Source of the DNA: Gemmatimonadota bacterium
Lineage (GTDB): Bacteria > Gemmatimonadota > Gemmatimonadetes > Palauibacterales > KS3-K002
Direction of reading: 5' to 3'
Length of the DNA stretch: 47,929 nt
Assembly (NCBI GenBank): GCA_039586795.1
Contig: JBDHJS010000030.1
Span: forward strand, 1 to 47,929
Shown: piece after piece, positions 47,107 to 47,929 of the stretch
Layout of the letters: every line of letters begins with the position of its first letter
How positions within the stretch are numbered: the stretch's first letter is position 1
Notes under the pieces: model-generated
Told to the model about the DNA's origin: nothing
Databases searched by the model: none
The model's input: the letters and a program-made list of their open reading frames with translations, nothing else
Translations under genes and position numbers: made by a program

Positions 47107-47802
47107 ATGAGAAGAAGCCTGGCGTTGCTACTGGCAGGAGGCCTGGCGCTTGCGTGCGCTCAAGGGGAAGCGACAGATGAGGCCGATCACGGCCAAACGA
47201 ATGGGCCGGGCGGCGATGACCAGCAGGAGGCGGAGATCCTTCCGGCGACGGTCGTGGAGGCCACGCACTTAGCCCCCGAGTACATCCAACATGCGACAGC
47301 GGTCGAGATTATTCCCGATGTTTATGCTGGGTTGGAATCCGCCAGCAACACATTCACGCACGAAGGGAACTTCGGCCCTTTGCTGTTCGGGGAAGACATA
47401 CGGTCGTTCTACATCAGACTCGAGCCGGGGATGTTCCTCGCCGAGCATCCGCATCCGACGGAGAGTCTCGTCTTCACAGTGAGCGGACGGTGGGTGCTGT
47501 GCAGCGAGGGAAAGAGGCAGGTGATGGAGGCGGGATCGACGTTCCACTTCGGGTCGAATGCCCCGACCGGATGGGAAGCACCATTCCCGGAAGGAGCATT
47601 CCTCTACATCGTGAAGTCCTACGAAGACCTGGACTACGAGTCGTACACGACCGACATCAGAAACATGGCGACAGAGCTGGATCAGCAGATGTCAGATGGA
47701 AGCGTGTTCTACTATCACCAACTGCCACCGGATCACGAGGCGATAAGGTTCGCGCGGGAACAAAACCCCAACTTCGATGAAATTCTGGCGCGTAGGAATT
47801 AG
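47107..47802 (+). CDS. Cupin-domain lipoprotein
   Basis: GGAGGAG SD; lipobox LALA-C; cupin motif 1 EHPHPTESLVFTVSG and motif 2 MEAGSTFHFGSNAPTG. Confidence 0.8.
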   Translation: MRRSLALLLAGGLALACAQGEATDEADHGQTNGPGGDDQQEAEILPATVVEATHLAPEYIQHATAVEIIPDVYAGLESASNTFTHEGNFGPLLFGEDIRSFYIRLEPGMFLAEHPHPTESLVFTVSGRWVLCSEGKRQVMEAGSTFHFGSNAPTGWEAPFPEGAFLYIVKSYEDLDYESYTTDIRNMATELDQQMSDGSVFYYHQLPPDHEAIRFAREQNPNFDEILARRN

Positions 47803-47864
47803 CCGCTGGACGCAAGTGGGGCGGTGCGGGGTTTGTTGGACGGGCTGTTGAACATCTAGATAAG

Positions 47865-47895
47865 AAAAACGCCGCGCGATAAGCGCGGCGTTTTT
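47865..47895. terminator. Bidirectional intrinsic terminator (rRNA operon end and cupin gene end)
   Basis: AAAAACGCCGCGC-GATAA-GCGCGGCGTTTTT. Confidence 0.9.
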
Positions 47896-47905
47896 GGATA
47901 AAACA

Positions 47906-47929
47906 CCGGCGGCGTCCTACTCTCCCACG
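47906..47929 (-). rRNA. rrf: 5S rRNA, 3' end only (truncated by the window edge)
   Basis: Reverse complement CGTGGGAGAGTAGGACGCCGCCGG matches the conserved bacterial 5S 3' terminus and is followed by a strong terminator. Confidence 0.88.

Noticed and set aside
47803..47864. GGCTGTTGAA, resembling an IS terminal repeat
   Set aside because: Short, with no partner inverted repeat and no transposase.
1..47929. CRISPR arrays, tRNAs, integrases, transposases and riboswitches
   Set aside because: No regularly spaced repeats, cloverleaf or T-loop motifs, or recombinase motifs were seen; intergenic gaps are short. A covariance-model scan was not possible.

Overview
This is a high-GC bacterial chromosome window, most likely Gemmatimonadota (inferred from gene order and content). 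About 46 kb is a nearly uninterrupted minus-strand run of core genes, co-oriented with an rRNA operon whose 5S 3' end is at the right edge. In transcription order: era, trm112-like, porV-like, rnr, REC-GGDEF, zinc-ribbon protein, prfB (programmed +1 frameshift), lysS, lolC/E, lolD, mcsA, mcsB, clpC, bamA, skp, lpxD, lpxC-fabZ, lpxA, gnnA-like, lpxB, lpxJ-like, lpxK, nadB, rlmH, a methyltransferase, bshC, murJ, uvrC, gltX, thrC, an OM-like protein, larC, a TPR protein, der, plsY, gpsA, a broken merR, pcm and yqaA. The strongest leads are: (1) two plus-strand lipoprotein genes bracketed by a degenerate 44-bp direct repeat of the 5S rRNA 3' end plus terminator, suggesting a small islet inserted at 5S rRNA; (2) a REC-GGDEF gene coupled to a zinc-ribbon/Pro-rich protein whose C-terminus resembles the myxobacterial MglA-GEF subunit RomX; (3) a 24-aa membrane microprotein ORF overlapping the lpxB start; (4) mcsA-mcsB-clpC without ctsR inside the lol/bam/lpx envelope cluster; (5) a methyltransferase coupled to bshC, a candidate N-methyl-bacillithiol enzyme. 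All calls are by eye from motifs; no searches were run.
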